Shown here piece by piece: positions 30,714 to 41,339 of a stretch of DNA of 41,339 nt (the first letter of the stretch is position 1; each line of letters begins with the position of its first letter). The stretch covers positions 1 through 41,339 of the forward strand of contig JBARUT010000020.1 in NCBI GenBank assembly GCA_049645885.1, written 5' to 3'. This stretch comes from Candidatus Macondimonas sp. (GTDB taxonomy: Bacteria; Pseudomonadota; Gammaproteobacteria; UBA5335). Both the position numbers and the translations under genes were made by a program. Below the pieces are notes generated by a model. It had not been told where the DNA came from and did not search any database. It was given only the letters and a program-made list of their open reading frames with translations.

Positions 30714-31946
30714 TCACAGCTTGGTTCGGCCGTACCGTTTGATCACATAGTCAGCCACGATGCGCGAGAAATCCGCGGCGATGGTTTCGCCCTTGAGGGT
30801 GACGGTCTTTTCCCCATCCACATACACGGGCGCCACCGGTATTTCCCCGGTGCCGGGCAGGGAAATGCCCACATTCGCATGGCGACTTTCGCCGGGCCCG
30901 TTCACCACGCAGCCCATGACCGCCACGGTCATGTTCTCCACGCCGGGATATTGTGCCCGCCAGATCGGCATCTGATCGCGCAGATAACGCTGGATATCCT
31001 GGGCCAGTTCCTGGAACACCGTGCTGGTGGTGCGTCCGCAGCCTGGGCAGGCGACGACGCTGGGGGCGAAAGCGCGCAGCCCAAGGCTTTGCAGGATTTC
31101 CTGGGCCACTTCCACTTCCCGGGTACGGGATTCGCCCGGCTGCGGCGTGAGGGAGATGCGGATGGTGTCCCCAATGCCCTCCTGCAGCAGGACGGCTAGG
31201 GCCGCGGTTGAGGCGACGATGCCCTTGACGCCCATGCCGGCCTCGGTGAGGCCCAGATGCAGGGCGTAAGAACAACGCCGGGCTAGATCCCGATAGACTC
31301 GGATCAGATCCTGTACACCGCTGAGCTTGCAGGAAATGATGATGCGATCCGCCGCAAGCCCGAGTTCCTCGGCCCGCGCGGCGCTGTCCAGGGCCGAGGC
31401 GATCAGCGCCTCATCCATCACCCGGCGCGGATCCCAGGGATCGGCGCGCTGGGCGTTGGTGTCCATCATGCGCGCCAGCAGGTCCTGGTCCAGACTGCCC
31501 CAGTTCACGCCGATGCGCACGGGCTTGTCATAGCGGCAGGCCAACTCGATCATCTCGGCAAATTGGGTGTCGCGGCGCTGCCCCTTGCCCACGTTGCCCG
31601 GGTTGATGCGGTACTTGTCCAGGGCCTGTGCACACTCAGGGATGCTGCTGAGCAGCTTGTGGCCGTTGAAGTGAAAGTCCCCCACCAGGGGCACATCGAG
31701 CCCCATCTGATCGAGCCGCTCGCGGATCCCGGGCACGGCCGCCGCCGCTTCCAAGGTGTTGACCGTGATACGAACCATTTCCGAGCCCGCTCGATGCAGT
31801 TCGGCGATCTGCACGGCGGTACCGACCTCATCAGCGGTGTCCGTGTTGGTCATGGACTGCACGGCAACAGGGGCCGTGCCGCCTATCATCAGGTTACGGA
31901 CGCGCACAGCGTGGGTGGCGTGACGGACAATCGGGTCAGGGTTCAT
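30714..31946 (-). CDS. ispG: (E)-4-hydroxy-3-methylbut-2-enyl-diphosphate synthase
   Basis: [47 protein letters not shown] and [10 protein letters not shown] [4Fe-4S] ligands. Confidence 0.97.
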   Translation of the reverse strand: MNPDPIVRHATHAVRVRNLMIGGTAPVAVQSMTNTDTADEVGTAVQIAELHRAGSEMVRITVNTLEAAAAVPGIRERLDQMGLDVPLVGDFHFNGHKLLSSIPECAQALDKYRINPGNVGKGQRRDTQFAEMIELACRYDKPVRIGVNWGSLDQDLLARMMDTNAQRADPWDPRRVMDEALIASALDSAARAEELGLAADRIIISCKLSGVQDLIRVYRDLARRCSYALHLGLTEAGMGVKGIVASTAALAVLLQEGIGDTIRISLTPQPGESRTREVEVAQEILQSLGLRAFAPSVVACPGCGRTTSTVFQELAQDIQRYLRDQMPIWRAQYPGVENMTVAVMGCVVNGPGESRHANVGISLPGTGEIPVAPVYVDGEKTVTLKGETIAADFSRIVADYVIKRYGRTKL

Positions 31947-32172
31947 GCGCTGATTTCAAGTCGCCAATCGTGCGCCCATGATAGCCCAAGAACGCAGGGC
32001 ATCCTTGCAGTGCCCGTGTCGATTTCATCTATTGGTACGCAAATTTTTCTCAAGGACCCGCCGAAAGCAGTCGACGCCGCTTGTATTGCCCGCTTTGATG
32101 GATCGTCATCGTTCGAAGCTGGTTCTGAGAGTCCAACGCAACAAGAATCTGGTCAGGGGCAACTCGGCCTAA

Positions 32173-32190
32173 GGAATCGCTGAACGAATC
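32173..32190. mobile_element. Possible IS5-family terminal inverted repeat (left boundary of the accessory cassette)
   Basis: CTAA|GGAATCGCTGAACGAATC: a GGAA..GCTGA end preceded by a YTAR tetramer, the typical IS5 target; it faces the similar end at 35761. Confidence 0.45.
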
Positions 32191-32355
32191 ATGATCAATG
32201 GCCGACTGATGGAATGCGAGGGGCGCCCAGTAGCGAGCTTTCCGGTGCGATGACATTTCAGGCCGGCCGGGGCGGCATTTCGCAGTAGCTCGGGCTAGTG
32301 GGCGTGCTCCTGGTCCAAGTAGTGGAGCTCCGCCAAAACGGATATTGCTCGCTCC

Positions 32356-32386
32356 TTGCTATACTACCTACTAGTAGGTAGTATAG
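32356..32386 (+). promoter_or_regulatory. Sigma70 promoter overlapped by a perfect 28-bp palindromic operator (probable TetR site)
   Basis: TTGCTA-N17-TAGTAT (32356-32384). CTATACTACCTACTAGTAGGTAGTATAG (32359-32386) is its own reverse complement and ends 40 bp upstream of the GST start. Confidence 0.8.
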
Positions 32387-32426
32387 GTATAGTGCACTCA
32401 AACAACGCGATAGGGGTTTTTCACCA

Positions 32427-33047
32427 ATGAAAATATACGATATTGAAGGCTTCCCGAACCCACTCCGCGTTCGCATCGCTCTGGCAGAAAAAGGTGCAAT
32501 GGACAAGGTTGAATTCGTCCCGGTGGATGTGATGGGCGGCGAGCACCGCTCCGCTGTGTTCAAAGCGAAAAATCCGGATGCCACCGTGCCAATGCTCGAG
32601 CTTGACGACGGCACCTTCATCTCTCAATGCAACGCCATAACGGAATATATCGATGGTGTTTTCGATGGGCCGTCCCTGACCGGCACAACCCCAAAGGAGC
32701 GCGCACGTATCGCGATGATGAATCTGCGTGCAGAAAACGGTCTGATGAACGCGGTCGGCGCCTATTTCCACCACGCGACCCCAGGCCTTGGTCCCGATCT
32801 GGAGACTTGGCAATGCGCCGAATGGGGTAACAAACAGAAGGAAGTCGCCAGAGCGACCATGGCCTATCTGGATGGCGTTCTGTCGGAAAATGAATTTCTT
32901 GCCGGTGACAACTTCTCTGTCGCGGACATCACTGCTTTTGCTGGACTGGCATTCGCGGAGTTCGCCAAGGTTGAAATCCCCGAGTCTCTGCGCAACCTGC
33001 ATGCTTGGCGTGCAAAGGTTGCAGCCCGTCCTTCGATTGCCGGGTAA
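32427..33047 (+). CDS. Glutathione S-transferase family protein (GTT2-like)
   Basis: [53 protein letters not shown]. Confidence 0.9.
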   Translation: MKIYDIEGFPNPLRVRIALAEKGAMDKVEFVPVDVMGGEHRSAVFKAKNPDATVPMLELDDGTFISQCNAITEYIDGVFDGPSLTGTTPKERARIAMMNLRAENGLMNAVGAYFHHATPGLGPDLETWQCAEWGNKQKEVARATMAYLDGVLSENEFLAGDNFSVADITAFAGLAFAEFAKVEIPESLRNLHAWRAKVAARPSIAG

Positions 33048-33088
33048 TGCGCGATCTCCGGGTTGTGGGCGTCAAAGGAGGGGGTCTC

Positions 33089-33757
33089 ATGGAGATCAAC
33101 GCAGATTTTTCCAGGCGGGTTGTCGTGCATTCGAACCAGTTGGAATGGCGGCCTTCGCCCATGCAGGGGGTGGAGCGGCGCATGCTGGACCGGATCGGGG
33201 GCGAAGTTGCCCGCGCCACGACCATCGTGCGGTATGCGCCGGGCAGCAAGTTCTCGGCACATACCCATACGGGGGGCGAGGAGTTCATCGTGCTCGATGG
33301 CATGTTCCATGACGAGCACGGTGATTTTCCTGTCGGCACCTATGTGCGCAACCCCCCAACGACGTCCCATACGCCAGGCTCTGACGAGGGGTGCACGATC
33401 TTTGTGAAACTATGGCAGTTCGACATGGGGGACCGCACCCAGTTTCGCAAGGACATGGAAGCCGAACTGGGTGCCCCGGTGGATGGCGTTGCTAGCGCAA
33501 AGCTGCATGAGGACCATCGTGAGACCGTCACCTACAGCAAGCTTGAGGCGGGTGCAATGCTGACCTCTGAGGCGTCCGGCGGGATAGAGCTGCTGGTGAT
33601 AGACGGCGCGCTCATCGTGGACGGCGAGGTGTTGGAAAAGCATGCCTGGCTGCGCCTGCCCGAAGGCCAAAGCTTGTCCGCGGTGGCGACGGGCGATGGC
33701 GCGAAAATCTGGATGAAGACAGGACACTTGCCATTTGCCAAAGCACCCGCTGCTTAG
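33089..33757 (+). CDS. ChrR-like double cupin protein
   Basis: [66 protein letters not shown] before ATG 33089. Confidence 0.85.
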   Translation: MEINADFSRRVVVHSNQLEWRPSPMQGVERRMLDRIGGEVARATTIVRYAPGSKFSAHTHTGGEEFIVLDGMFHDEHGDFPVGTYVRNPPTTSHTPGSDEGCTIFVKLWQFDMGDRTQFRKDMEAELGAPVDGVASAKLHEDHRETVTYSKLEAGAMLTSEASGGIELLVIDGALIVDGEVLEKHAWLRLPEGQSLSAVATGDGAKIWMKTGHLPFAKAPAA

Positions 33758-33891
33758 TCATGGCGACGGCAGATTCCCCGGCAGGGTTTGCAGCAGCACC
33801 ACTACCAATCCACGAGTATCTCTCATGACGTCTGTCTGTCTGGCCGACAAAGACGAAACGGTTGTCCTTCGCTGACGAGGTGTCTTGAGCG

Positions 33892-34585
33892 ATGCTGATC
33901 GATACCCTGATCATCGGTGTTGGCCTGTCCGGGCTGGCCCTGGCTGCACAGCTTGCTGCACAACGCCGCGATTTCCTTCTGGTTGAGGCGCGTGACGCTT
34001 GGGCGGTCGCATCCTGACCCGGCGCGAGGGTGCGGCTCATTATGATCTGGGTCCCACCTGGTTCTGACCAGGACAACCCCGGATCGCAGTCCTCACCGAG
34101 CGCCGCGGGCTGTCCCGGTTCGATCAGTTCTGTCAGGGCGATGTGATCTTCGAGAATGAGCAGGGCCGTGTTCATCGTGGACGGGGGTATGCCTCAATGC
34201 AGGGGGCCTGGCGGCTGGAGGGTGGTATTGGTGCCTTGATCGCTGCGCTTGAGAAAAAGGTTCCGCCGCAACAACTGCGTGTTTCGACAACGATCCGCAC
34301 ACTCACCCGGGCAGCAACGGGGATCAAGGAGAGCGGCGTGAGCATCCTGGCACGGCGGGTGGTTCTGGCGCTGCCCCTGCGCATGGCAGCAAAAATGTCC
34401 TTTACGGCGACGCTGTCTATCGCCGCATTGACAGCCCTGGAGGCAGTCGCAACCCGGATGGCAGGCCGTGCCAAGGCCGTGGCTGTTTGATCCTTGCCGG
34501 GACCGGGGTGGCGCCGCAGTTCGGAGGATATCTAGAGGGGGCACTGGAAGCATCAGGGCTAGCACTGGCAAGCCTCGAGACGTAG
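33892..34585 (+). pseudogene. Flavin-containing amine oxidase / FAD-dependent oxidoreductase pseudogene
   Basis: IIGVGLSG dinucleotide motif; 1-bp frameshift near 33996 breaks EARD(R)LGGRI; in-frame TGA at 34065 in DLGPTWF*PGQPR; apparent internal deletion near 34487 before the C-terminal AGT..APQFGGYLEGALE. Confidence 0.85.
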
Positions 34586-34596
34586 ATTAAGGTGAA

Positions 34597-35169
34597 ATGA
34601 CAATGAACCGAGACACCAGAACCGCCCTGATGGATTTTGCTGAACACGCAGCCCGGTCACGGGGTTTTGACGGCTTTAGCTATGCGGATATGGCAGAAGC
34701 GATCGGCATTCGAAAAGCGTCGATCCACCATCATTTTCCGACCAAGGCCAAGCTCTCCGAAGCCTTGATCGATCGATATCAGACCAACCTGCAGCATCGC
34801 CTGGCCGTGATGGAGGCCACTTACGCCACCGCCGGTGCACGCCTCAAGGCTTTGATTGCCCTGTATCGCGCAGCACTGGATGATGGCCATACCGTGTGTC
34901 TGTGCGTTGCCTTTTCAACCTGCCGTGAAAGCTTGTCCGAAGTGGTCATCGCCAGAGTCAGCGCCGTCCGCGCAATGATCCTGCAATGGATCACTGCGAC
35001 GTTCGAACTGGGCCAAAGGGACGGGTCCATATTGGCAATCCTTGATCCGGTATACGAGGCGCCCGCCACCCTGGCCATGCTGGAGGGTGCCCATCTCGCA
35101 GCGCGCACAGAAGAAGACCTCGCCGTGTTTGACGTCGCAACCCGACTGTTGAACTCCCGTTGTCAGTAG
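34597..35169 (+). CDS. TetR/AcrR-family transcriptional regulator
   Basis: HTH RGFDGFSYADMAEAIGIRKASIHHHFPTK; C-terminal domain with VCLC. Confidence 0.92.
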   Translation: MTMNRDTRTALMDFAEHAARSRGFDGFSYADMAEAIGIRKASIHHHFPTKAKLSEALIDRYQTNLQHRLAVMEATYATAGARLKALIALYRAALDDGHTVCLCVAFSTCRESLSEVVIARVSAVRAMILQWITATFELGQRDGSILAILDPVYEAPATLAMLEGAHLAARTEEDLAVFDVATRLLNSRCQ

Positions 35170-35239
35170 CGATTTGTCGTGCCTGCCTGGCGAACGCATG
35201 CCCAAATAGCCGCTCGTAGCGGCGGTTAACAACTATTAC

Positions 35240-35761
35240 GCGTTCCCCTATCTTCGCCTGACGCATCTGCAGATCGCGCGCATTGATGAGATTCTTGGGG
35301 GGGGGCGGCGTGGCAATCCAGATGGCATTGACGATCCTACCACCGCGCATTATCAAGAGCCTTTTCCGCCAGATGTGCCTTGATAGCTGCGAAACTTGGT
35401 GGCGTAGAGGGCCGCTAGTTGGTGACAAGGAAGGCGGCGGATCGCCTGGCTGTCGAATGGTTCATCATCGATCCGTGCTTTCAAGAGTCTGAAGCACGGC
35501 TGGGTGACATATATTCGCAGCATCGGCCCCGCCACGATCTGCGGACGTCCTCGACCCGCACCCTTCGGATAAACGTCGATAAACGTCTCGATCTCGGCGA
35601 GGACGCAGTCGCGCTACGTCTGATTTGTTCTTGGCGGCATATTCCAGCTCGGAAAACCTCGATTGCATCGGTCGAAGTCTTGTCGTTGGACAATAGTCGC
35701 TATTTTCGTAAAAGCATTTCGGCGCAGGGGCGATGGCAGAAGAATAAATCTGGGGGGTTCC
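35240..35761 (-). mobile_element. Decayed IS5-family element (5' part of transposase plus one end)
   Basis: Pieces in three frames: MQSRFSELEYAAK, YPKGAGRGRP..MLRIY, DSQAIRR, AHLAEK, MRGGRIVNAIWIATPPPPKN...RDLQMRQAK (degenerate IVDATLIAAPSSTKN...RDPEMHQ). End TTAA|GGAACC...GATTTATTC at 35761. Confidence 0.8.
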
Positions 35762-36742
35762 TTAAGGCCAGGTCAGCACCAGCTTGCCCAGATGCCCGCC
35801 CGCCTCCATGCGCCGATGGGCCTCGGCGGCTTCTGTCATCGGATAGACCTGAGCGATGGGCAACCGCAACCGCCCGGCCGCAAGATTCGGCAGGATCTGC
35901 TGCTCGAAACGACGCGCCAAAGCGATGCGTCGTTCGATGGGTTGGCTGCGCATGGTGAGGGTGCGAATGCTTTGCCGGCGCATCAGCAGTCCGGTCAGGT
36001 CGACGGTGTCACGGCCGCCACCCAGCAGCCCCACCACCACCAGACGCCCCTCCTCGCCCAGTAGGGCCAGGTTCTCCGCCAATCGTCCCCCGCCCCACAG
36101 ATCGAGCACCACGGCGGCGGCACCTCCCAAGGCTCGGCGCGCCTGCGCCACCAGGTCGGCGCTGCCTTCGATCAGGGGATGGTTCAATCCGAATTCCCGC
36201 AAGCCGTCCAGGCGATCGGCGTCGCGCCCGGTACCCACCACCGGGTGGCCTGCCGCGTGAGCGAGCTGGACCGCTGCCATCCCGACGCTGGACGTGGCGA
36301 TGCGCACCGCCACGCCTTCACCGGGTTGCAGCCCGCCTTCTTCCCAGAGCGCTCGAAATGCGGTCAGAAAAGCCTCGGGGATCGCCGCAGCCTCCGTGTC
36401 GGTCAGCCGCGGCGGGATCGGCAAGGTTTCCCGCTCCGGCACGGTGATGAACTCGGCACAGGCACCTGCCGCCACCAGCCCCATGACCCGGTCGCCCACC
36501 CGCCGCAGGCTGCAGCGCGCACCCACCGCTTCCACTTCACCGGCGTATTCCAAGCCAATGCGTTGGGGATCCCAACCGGAGGGCGGCGGATAAAGTCCGC
36601 GGCGTTGCAACAGATCGGCCCGATTTACCCCGGCCGCCCGCACCCGGACGCGCACCTCCTCCGCCCCGGGTTGCGGCTGATCGACGGCCGCCAGAATGAG
36701 GACCTCAGGGCCGCCGGGACGGACGGCGATCAGGGCTTTCAC
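35762..36742 (-). CDS. NAD(P)H-quinone oxidoreductase (MDR/zeta-crystallin, PIG3-like)
   Basis: PGGPEVL, AAGVNRADLLQRRGLYPPP, GLEYAGEV, AAAIPEAFLTA, AHRRME..HLGKLVL; GTG start at 36742. Confidence 0.9.
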   Translation of the reverse strand: MKALIAVRPGGPEVLILAAVDQPQPGAEEVRVRVRAAGVNRADLLQRRGLYPPPSGWDPQRIGLEYAGEVEAVGARCSLRRVGDRVMGLVAAGACAEFITVPERETLPIPPRLTDTEAAAIPEAFLTAFRALWEEGGLQPGEGVAVRIATSSVGMAAVQLAHAAGHPVVGTGRDADRLDGLREFGLNHPLIEGSADLVAQARRALGGAAAVVLDLWGGGRLAENLALLGEEGRLVVVGLLGGGRDTVDLTGLLMRRQSIRTLTMRSQPIERRIALARRFEQQILPNLAAGRLRLPIAQVYPMTEAAEAHRRMEAGGHLGKLVLTWP

Positions 36743-36758
36743 GAGGCTATCTTCGTGG

Positions 36759-37157
36759 TCACATGGCGCCGAGCAAGGCGACCATAAGCAGGATTTGCCC
36801 GAACAGCCCGGCAAAGAAGCTGAGCGTGCGCACGATGGGAACGCCCAGGGTGTAAACCGTGTAATGGATCAGCCGGGCCCAAAAATAGAGTGCCGCCCCA
36901 AAAGCCGTTACCCCTGAATTGGCGCCGACCAATTCCACCATCAGCACCAAGGGCGCGAAGACCACCAGATTTTCCACGGCGTTGGCGTGCGCGCGCATGG
37001 CCCGTTGCGCCCAGTCGGACTCCGGCAGGTCATCCTTGCGGGGATTGCCCATGGCGCCGAACAGGCCACGCACCTTGATGCGATTGAGTACGTAGGGGAA
37101 AAAGAAAAAAGCCGTCATGATGACGGTCCAGGTCAGCCAATTCAGTTCTGCCGACAT
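36759..37157 (-). CDS. MAPEG family membrane protein
   Basis: WAQRAMRAHANAVENLVVFAPL, YFWARLIH..VY..G.P..RT; four hydrophobic segments; AGGAG RBS. Confidence 0.88.
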   Translation of the reverse strand: MSAELNWLTWTVIMTAFFFFPYVLNRIKVRGLFGAMGNPRKDDLPESDWAQRAMRAHANAVENLVVFAPLVLMVELVGANSGVTAFGAALYFWARLIHYTVYTLGVPIVRTLSFFAGLFGQILLMVALLGAM

Positions 37158-37321
37158 GCTGCACACTCCTTATGATTGTCGGTTGGGTGGACGCGGCTCG
37201 AAACCGCCGGCCAATGAACATAAACTGCGCCCCACCGCCCCGCAAGGTTTGGGCGAGGATTCCGCGGTATCGACCTCAAGGCAAGGCGCCCGATCGAACC
37301 GGGAGCAAGCCCCCCTCAGTC

Positions 37322-37346
37322 AAAAAAACGGGGGGCAATGCCCCCC
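37322..37346 (-). terminator. Rho-independent terminator after etfA
   Basis: Minus strand GGGGGG-CATTG-CCCCCC-G-TTTTTTT. Confidence 0.75.
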
Positions 37347-37415
37347 ATAAGCAGATCCAGTAACAAACCCGCCGGGCAACCGCATGACAGCGGCGCCCAG
37401 CGAGGCAAATCGGCT

Positions 37416-38362
37416 TCAGACCAGTTTTTCCAGTTCCGGCAACACCTGGAACAGATCACCCACCAGACCCAGATCGGCCACCTCGAAAATCGGGGCCTCC
37501 TCGTCCTTGTTGATGGCCACAATGGTGCCGGCGTCCTTGATGCCCGCCAGATGCTGGATGGCGCCGGAGATGCCGACCGCGACATACAATCCCGGCGCGA
37601 TGATCTTGCCGGTTTGTCCCACCTGCATTTCGTTGGGCACGAAACCTGCGTCCACGGCAGCGCGCGAGGCACCCACCGCCGCGCCGATCTTGTCGGCGAA
37701 GCTGAAGATGATCTTGAAGTTCTCCGCGCTCCCCACACCGCGGCCGCCGGAGACGACCTTGGGGGCGCTCTGCAGATCGGGGCGATCGCTCTTGGTGGTT
37801 TCCTGCGAAATATAGCGTGTATGGCTGGGCAGGGCGACGTCCAGGCTCGCCGCTTCCACGGGGGCCTTGTCACCATTGCCCACGGCAGGATAGGACGCGC
37901 TGCGCACCGTGCCGCATACCACGCCGTCGCCGGCAACCTCAACGGTCACGATCGCATTGCCCGCATAGGTGGGGCGCTTGAAGCTACGCTCGCCCAGCAC
38001 CAGCATGATGTCGGTCACCTGAGGCACGCCCAGCAGCGCAGCGACGCGCGGAAGGGTGTCCTTGCCGAAACTGGAGTTGCTTCCCAGGATATGGCTGTAG
38101 CCACCCTGCTGGGCCAGCGCCACGACCTGGGGTGCCACCAGCGCCGCCAGCGGATGGTCATTGGCCGGATTGTCCACAGTCACCACGCGGGTCACGCCAT
38201 CCAGCGCCGCAGCGGCATCCGCTGCACTGGCCAGATCGCCGGCGCCAAACAGCGCTACCACCACCTCGGATGCATTCAGCTCTTTGGCACAAGCCACAAC
38301 GCGACCCACGGCCTGTCCCAGCACGCCGCCGGTCTGCTCACCGATAATCAGCACCTTGCTCA

Positions 38363-38363
<1 letters not shown>
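37416..38363 (-). CDS. etfA: Electron transfer flavoprotein alpha subunit
   Basis: [47 protein letters not shown]. Confidence 0.97.
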
Positions 38364-39109
<746 letters not shown>

Positions 39110-39287
39110 GACTACAGTAGCTCCAAGTCATTCATTAAAAGAACAAAACCCATTGACATGAAATCATGTTGACCTGCCCAGGTGAACCGGGACCCGGAAA
39201 GACACCGGAAAGAATACCCAAGCAAGCCTGAATCAAAGTCCGAAATCGTATCACGTTCAAAACACCAAGCCCAAAACCGATCCCAAG

Positions 39288-39319
39288 AAAAAAGCCCGGG
39301 GCAGCGATCACCCCGGGCC
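39288..39319 (-). terminator. Rho-independent terminator after the thiolase
   Basis: Minus strand GCCCGGGG-N9-CCCCGGGC followed by TTTTTT, about 20 bp after the stop. Confidence 0.8.
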
Positions 39320-39340
39320 TTTAGGATCACAAATCGATCC

Positions 39341-40519
39341 TTACACCACTTCGAACAGACCGGCCGCGCCCATGCCCTGGGCGATGCACATGGACACCAC
39401 GACGTGCTTGACGCCGCGGCGCTTGCCTTCCAGCAGGGCCGCGCCGACCATGCGGGCGCCGGACATGCCATAAGGATGGCCGATGGCAATGGCACCACCA
39501 TTGACGTTGCACAATTCCATGGGAATACCCAGTTCCTTGATGCAATACACAGCCTGAACGCCAAAGGCTTCGTTCAGTTCCCACAAGCCGATGTCGTCCA
39601 TCTTGAGACCATTACGTTCCAGCAGGCGCGGAATGGCATAGATAGGGCCGATGCCCATGATGTCGGGTTCGCAGCCGGCGGTGGCGAAGCCACGGAAGAT
39701 ACCCAGCGGCTTGACGCCCTTCTTCTCGGCATATTCGCTGTTCATGATCACCACGGCGGCGGCGCCGTCGGAGAGCTGGCTGGCATTGCCGGCGGTAACG
39801 GTGCCGGTGGGGCCGGCGACCGGCTTCAGGGAGGCCAGCTTTTCCAGCGTGGTTTCGCGGTTGCCTTCGTCGCGGCTCAGGGTGACTTCAACCTTTTCGG
39901 TCTTGCCGGTTTCCTTGTCGGTGACTTCCATGGTCACCGTGATGGGCACGATTTCCTCGCCCAAGCGGCCGTCCTGTTGAGCGGCGGCGGTGCGCTGCTG
40001 GCTCAGCAGCGCCAACTGGTCTGCTTCCTCGCGGGTGACGCCGAAACGCTTGGCGATGTTTTCGGCAGTGGGAATCATGGGCATCATGATGGTGGGCTTC
40101 ATCTTGAGCAAGCCCTTGTCCATCGCGTGCTTCATGTTCATGTTGTTCTGCACCAGGCTGATCGACTCCAGCCCGCCGCCGATGGCAACCGGGACCTTGT
40201 CGACGATGCAGCGCTGGGCGGCGTGGGCAACAGCCGACAGGCCCGAGCCACAGAAGCGGGCAATGGTGGCACCGGAAGAGGTGACCGGAATGCCGCCGCG
40301 AATTCCCGCCAGGCGCGCGATATTGTTGCCGGTGGCGCCTTCGGGCAGGCCGCAGCCCATGATGATTTCTTCAACTTCAGCCGGATCAATCCCGGCGCGT
40401 TCCACGGCGTGCTTGATCACATGACCGCCCATTTCGGCGCCATGGGTCAGGTTCAAGGAACCCTTGAAAGCCCTGCCAATGCCCGTGCGGGCCGTGGAAA
40501 CGATAACTGCATCAGCCAT
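39341..40519 (-). CDS. Acetyl-CoA C-acyltransferase (thiolase)
   Basis: RFCGSGL (catalytic Cys), [44 protein letters not shown] before ATG 40519. Confidence 0.95.
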   Translation of the reverse strand: MADAVIVSTARTGIGRAFKGSLNLTHGAEMGGHVIKHAVERAGIDPAEVEEIIMGCGLPEGATGNNIARLAGIRGGIPVTSSGATIARFCGSGLSAVAHAAQRCIVDKVPVAIGGGLESISLVQNNMNMKHAMDKGLLKMKPTIMMPMIPTAENIAKRFGVTREEADQLALLSQQRTAAAQQDGRLGEEIVPITVTMEVTDKETGKTEKVEVTLSRDEGNRETTLEKLASLKPVAGPTGTVTAGNASQLSDGAAAVVIMNSEYAEKKGVKPLGIFRGFATAGCEPDIMGIGPIYAIPRLLERNGLKMDDIGLWELNEAFGVQAVYCIKELGIPMELCNVNGGAIAIGHPYGMSGARMVGAALLEGKRRGVKHVVVSMCIAQGMGAAGLFEVV

Positions 40520-40703
40520 TTGTATTACTCCTGTGCGGACGATCCTGCCGACTCCATGTGCTCCATGCCTGCGTCTGCACGGGCGCCAGCGGGACGGATC
40601 CCGCGGCCCATCAATTTCCCTCGCACCGGATTGCGGCAATGGACTTGCCGTCTTTCCTTGGGCATTGAGCGGGCTGCCACGACCCTGCGGCAGCCGGAGA
40701 CGG

Positions 40704-41339
40704 CTAACGGTACAACGAACCTCGTTCAAGTTCCAGCGCCCGGGGCCAATCGGATGCAACGGGCTCGTGCAGATGCAACAGCGCGTCAAGGGTTTCCAGC
40801 GTCGGCACGGCAACCCCAAGCACCTGGGCCTGCTCGATCATGGCGCCCAGAATGGCCTGGCGTTCCAGCGGGCGTCCCTGCAAGGCATCCAGTGTCATGC
40901 TGGTGCGGTAGGGCGGCATGCGGGCCGTGCTCTCCAGCATGGCGTCCACCGTCTGCGGCGGCAGTGGATGGCCTGCCGCGGCCGCCACGTCGCACACCTC
41001 CGCCATGGCGCGCCGGATCAGCTGCACCGTCTGGGGATTGGCCATCAGCCGGGCGGTATCAACACATCCTCCCAGCACCGAGGCCGGATTGAACGCAGCG
41101 TTCCAGACGGCCTTGCGCCAGCGCGCGGTGACGATATCCGCTGTCACCTCAACCGCAATCCCCGCCTCCCGGAATGCCACCGCCAGACGCTCGGCGGCCG
41201 GAGAAATGCCTTCAGGATAGCGGCCCAGGGTCAACGTGCCATAAGCCTGATGGTGAATCTCGGCCGGACCGGTGCGCGAGACGCAGACAAAAGCCAGGGC
41301 GCTGATCAGTTCGTGATCCGGGAAGGCAGCCGCCAACGG
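40704..41339 (-). CDS. panE: 2-dehydropantoate 2-reductase (ApbA/PanE family), 5'-partial
   Basis: [29 protein letters not shown]...GRPLE..AILG; frame is open to the window end. Confidence 0.85.
   Translation of the reverse strand, partial: PLAAAFPDHELISALAFVCVSRTGPAEIHHQAYGTLTLGRYPEGISPAAERLAVAFREAGIAVEVTADIVTARWRKAVWNAAFNPASVLGGCVDTARLMANPQTVQLIRRAMAEVCDVAAAAGHPLPPQTVDAMLESTARMPPYRTSMTLDALQGRPLERQAILGAMIEQAQVLGVAVPTLETLDALLHLHEPVASDWPRALELERGSLYR

Noticed and set aside
34065..34067. In-frame TGA as possible selenocysteine or readthrough
   Set aside because: It replaces an expected Trp, and the gene also has a frameshift and a deletion, so it is a pseudogene lesion.
35297..35305. Poly-G run as a phase-variation tract
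   Set aside because: It lies inside the already ruined IS5 transposase remnant.

Overview
GC-rich chromosomal window, most likely from a gammaproteobacterium (inferred from gene content and order). It is mostly core genes: corA; a sigma54-driven nirB-nirD-nasA nitrate/nitrite assimilation operon; two tandem OmpW-like barrels; ilvI-ilvH-ilvC-pssA-leuA-udg-rimI; proS and a lytic transglycosylase; arsC-wrbA-DUF2069; DUF2066-hda; purM-purN-DUF3108; dcd; ispG; MAPEG and a quinone oxidoreductase; etfBA; thiolase; partial panE. One small accessory island (about 32.2-35.8 kb) carries GST, a ChrR-like cupin, a flavin-oxidoreductase pseudogene and TetR behind a perfect 28-bp palindromic operator, and appears to be bracketed by decayed IS5-type ends. 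The most interesting signals are: (1) a very large GH94 phosphorylase fused to a polytopic membrane domain I cannot assign; (2) a family-4 uracil-DNA glycosylase with an N-terminus resembling the Pol III psi (HolD) clamp-loader-binding peptide, sitting in the holD position upstream of rimI; (3) a ProRS whose editing domain has lost its key residues; (4) a promoter-hairpin-terminator leader before ilvI with no leader peptide, plus other hairpin-dense spacers; (5) the IS5-bounded redox cassette. I saw no rRNA, tRNA or CRISPR array. All calls come from motif recognition by eye; no database searches were run.
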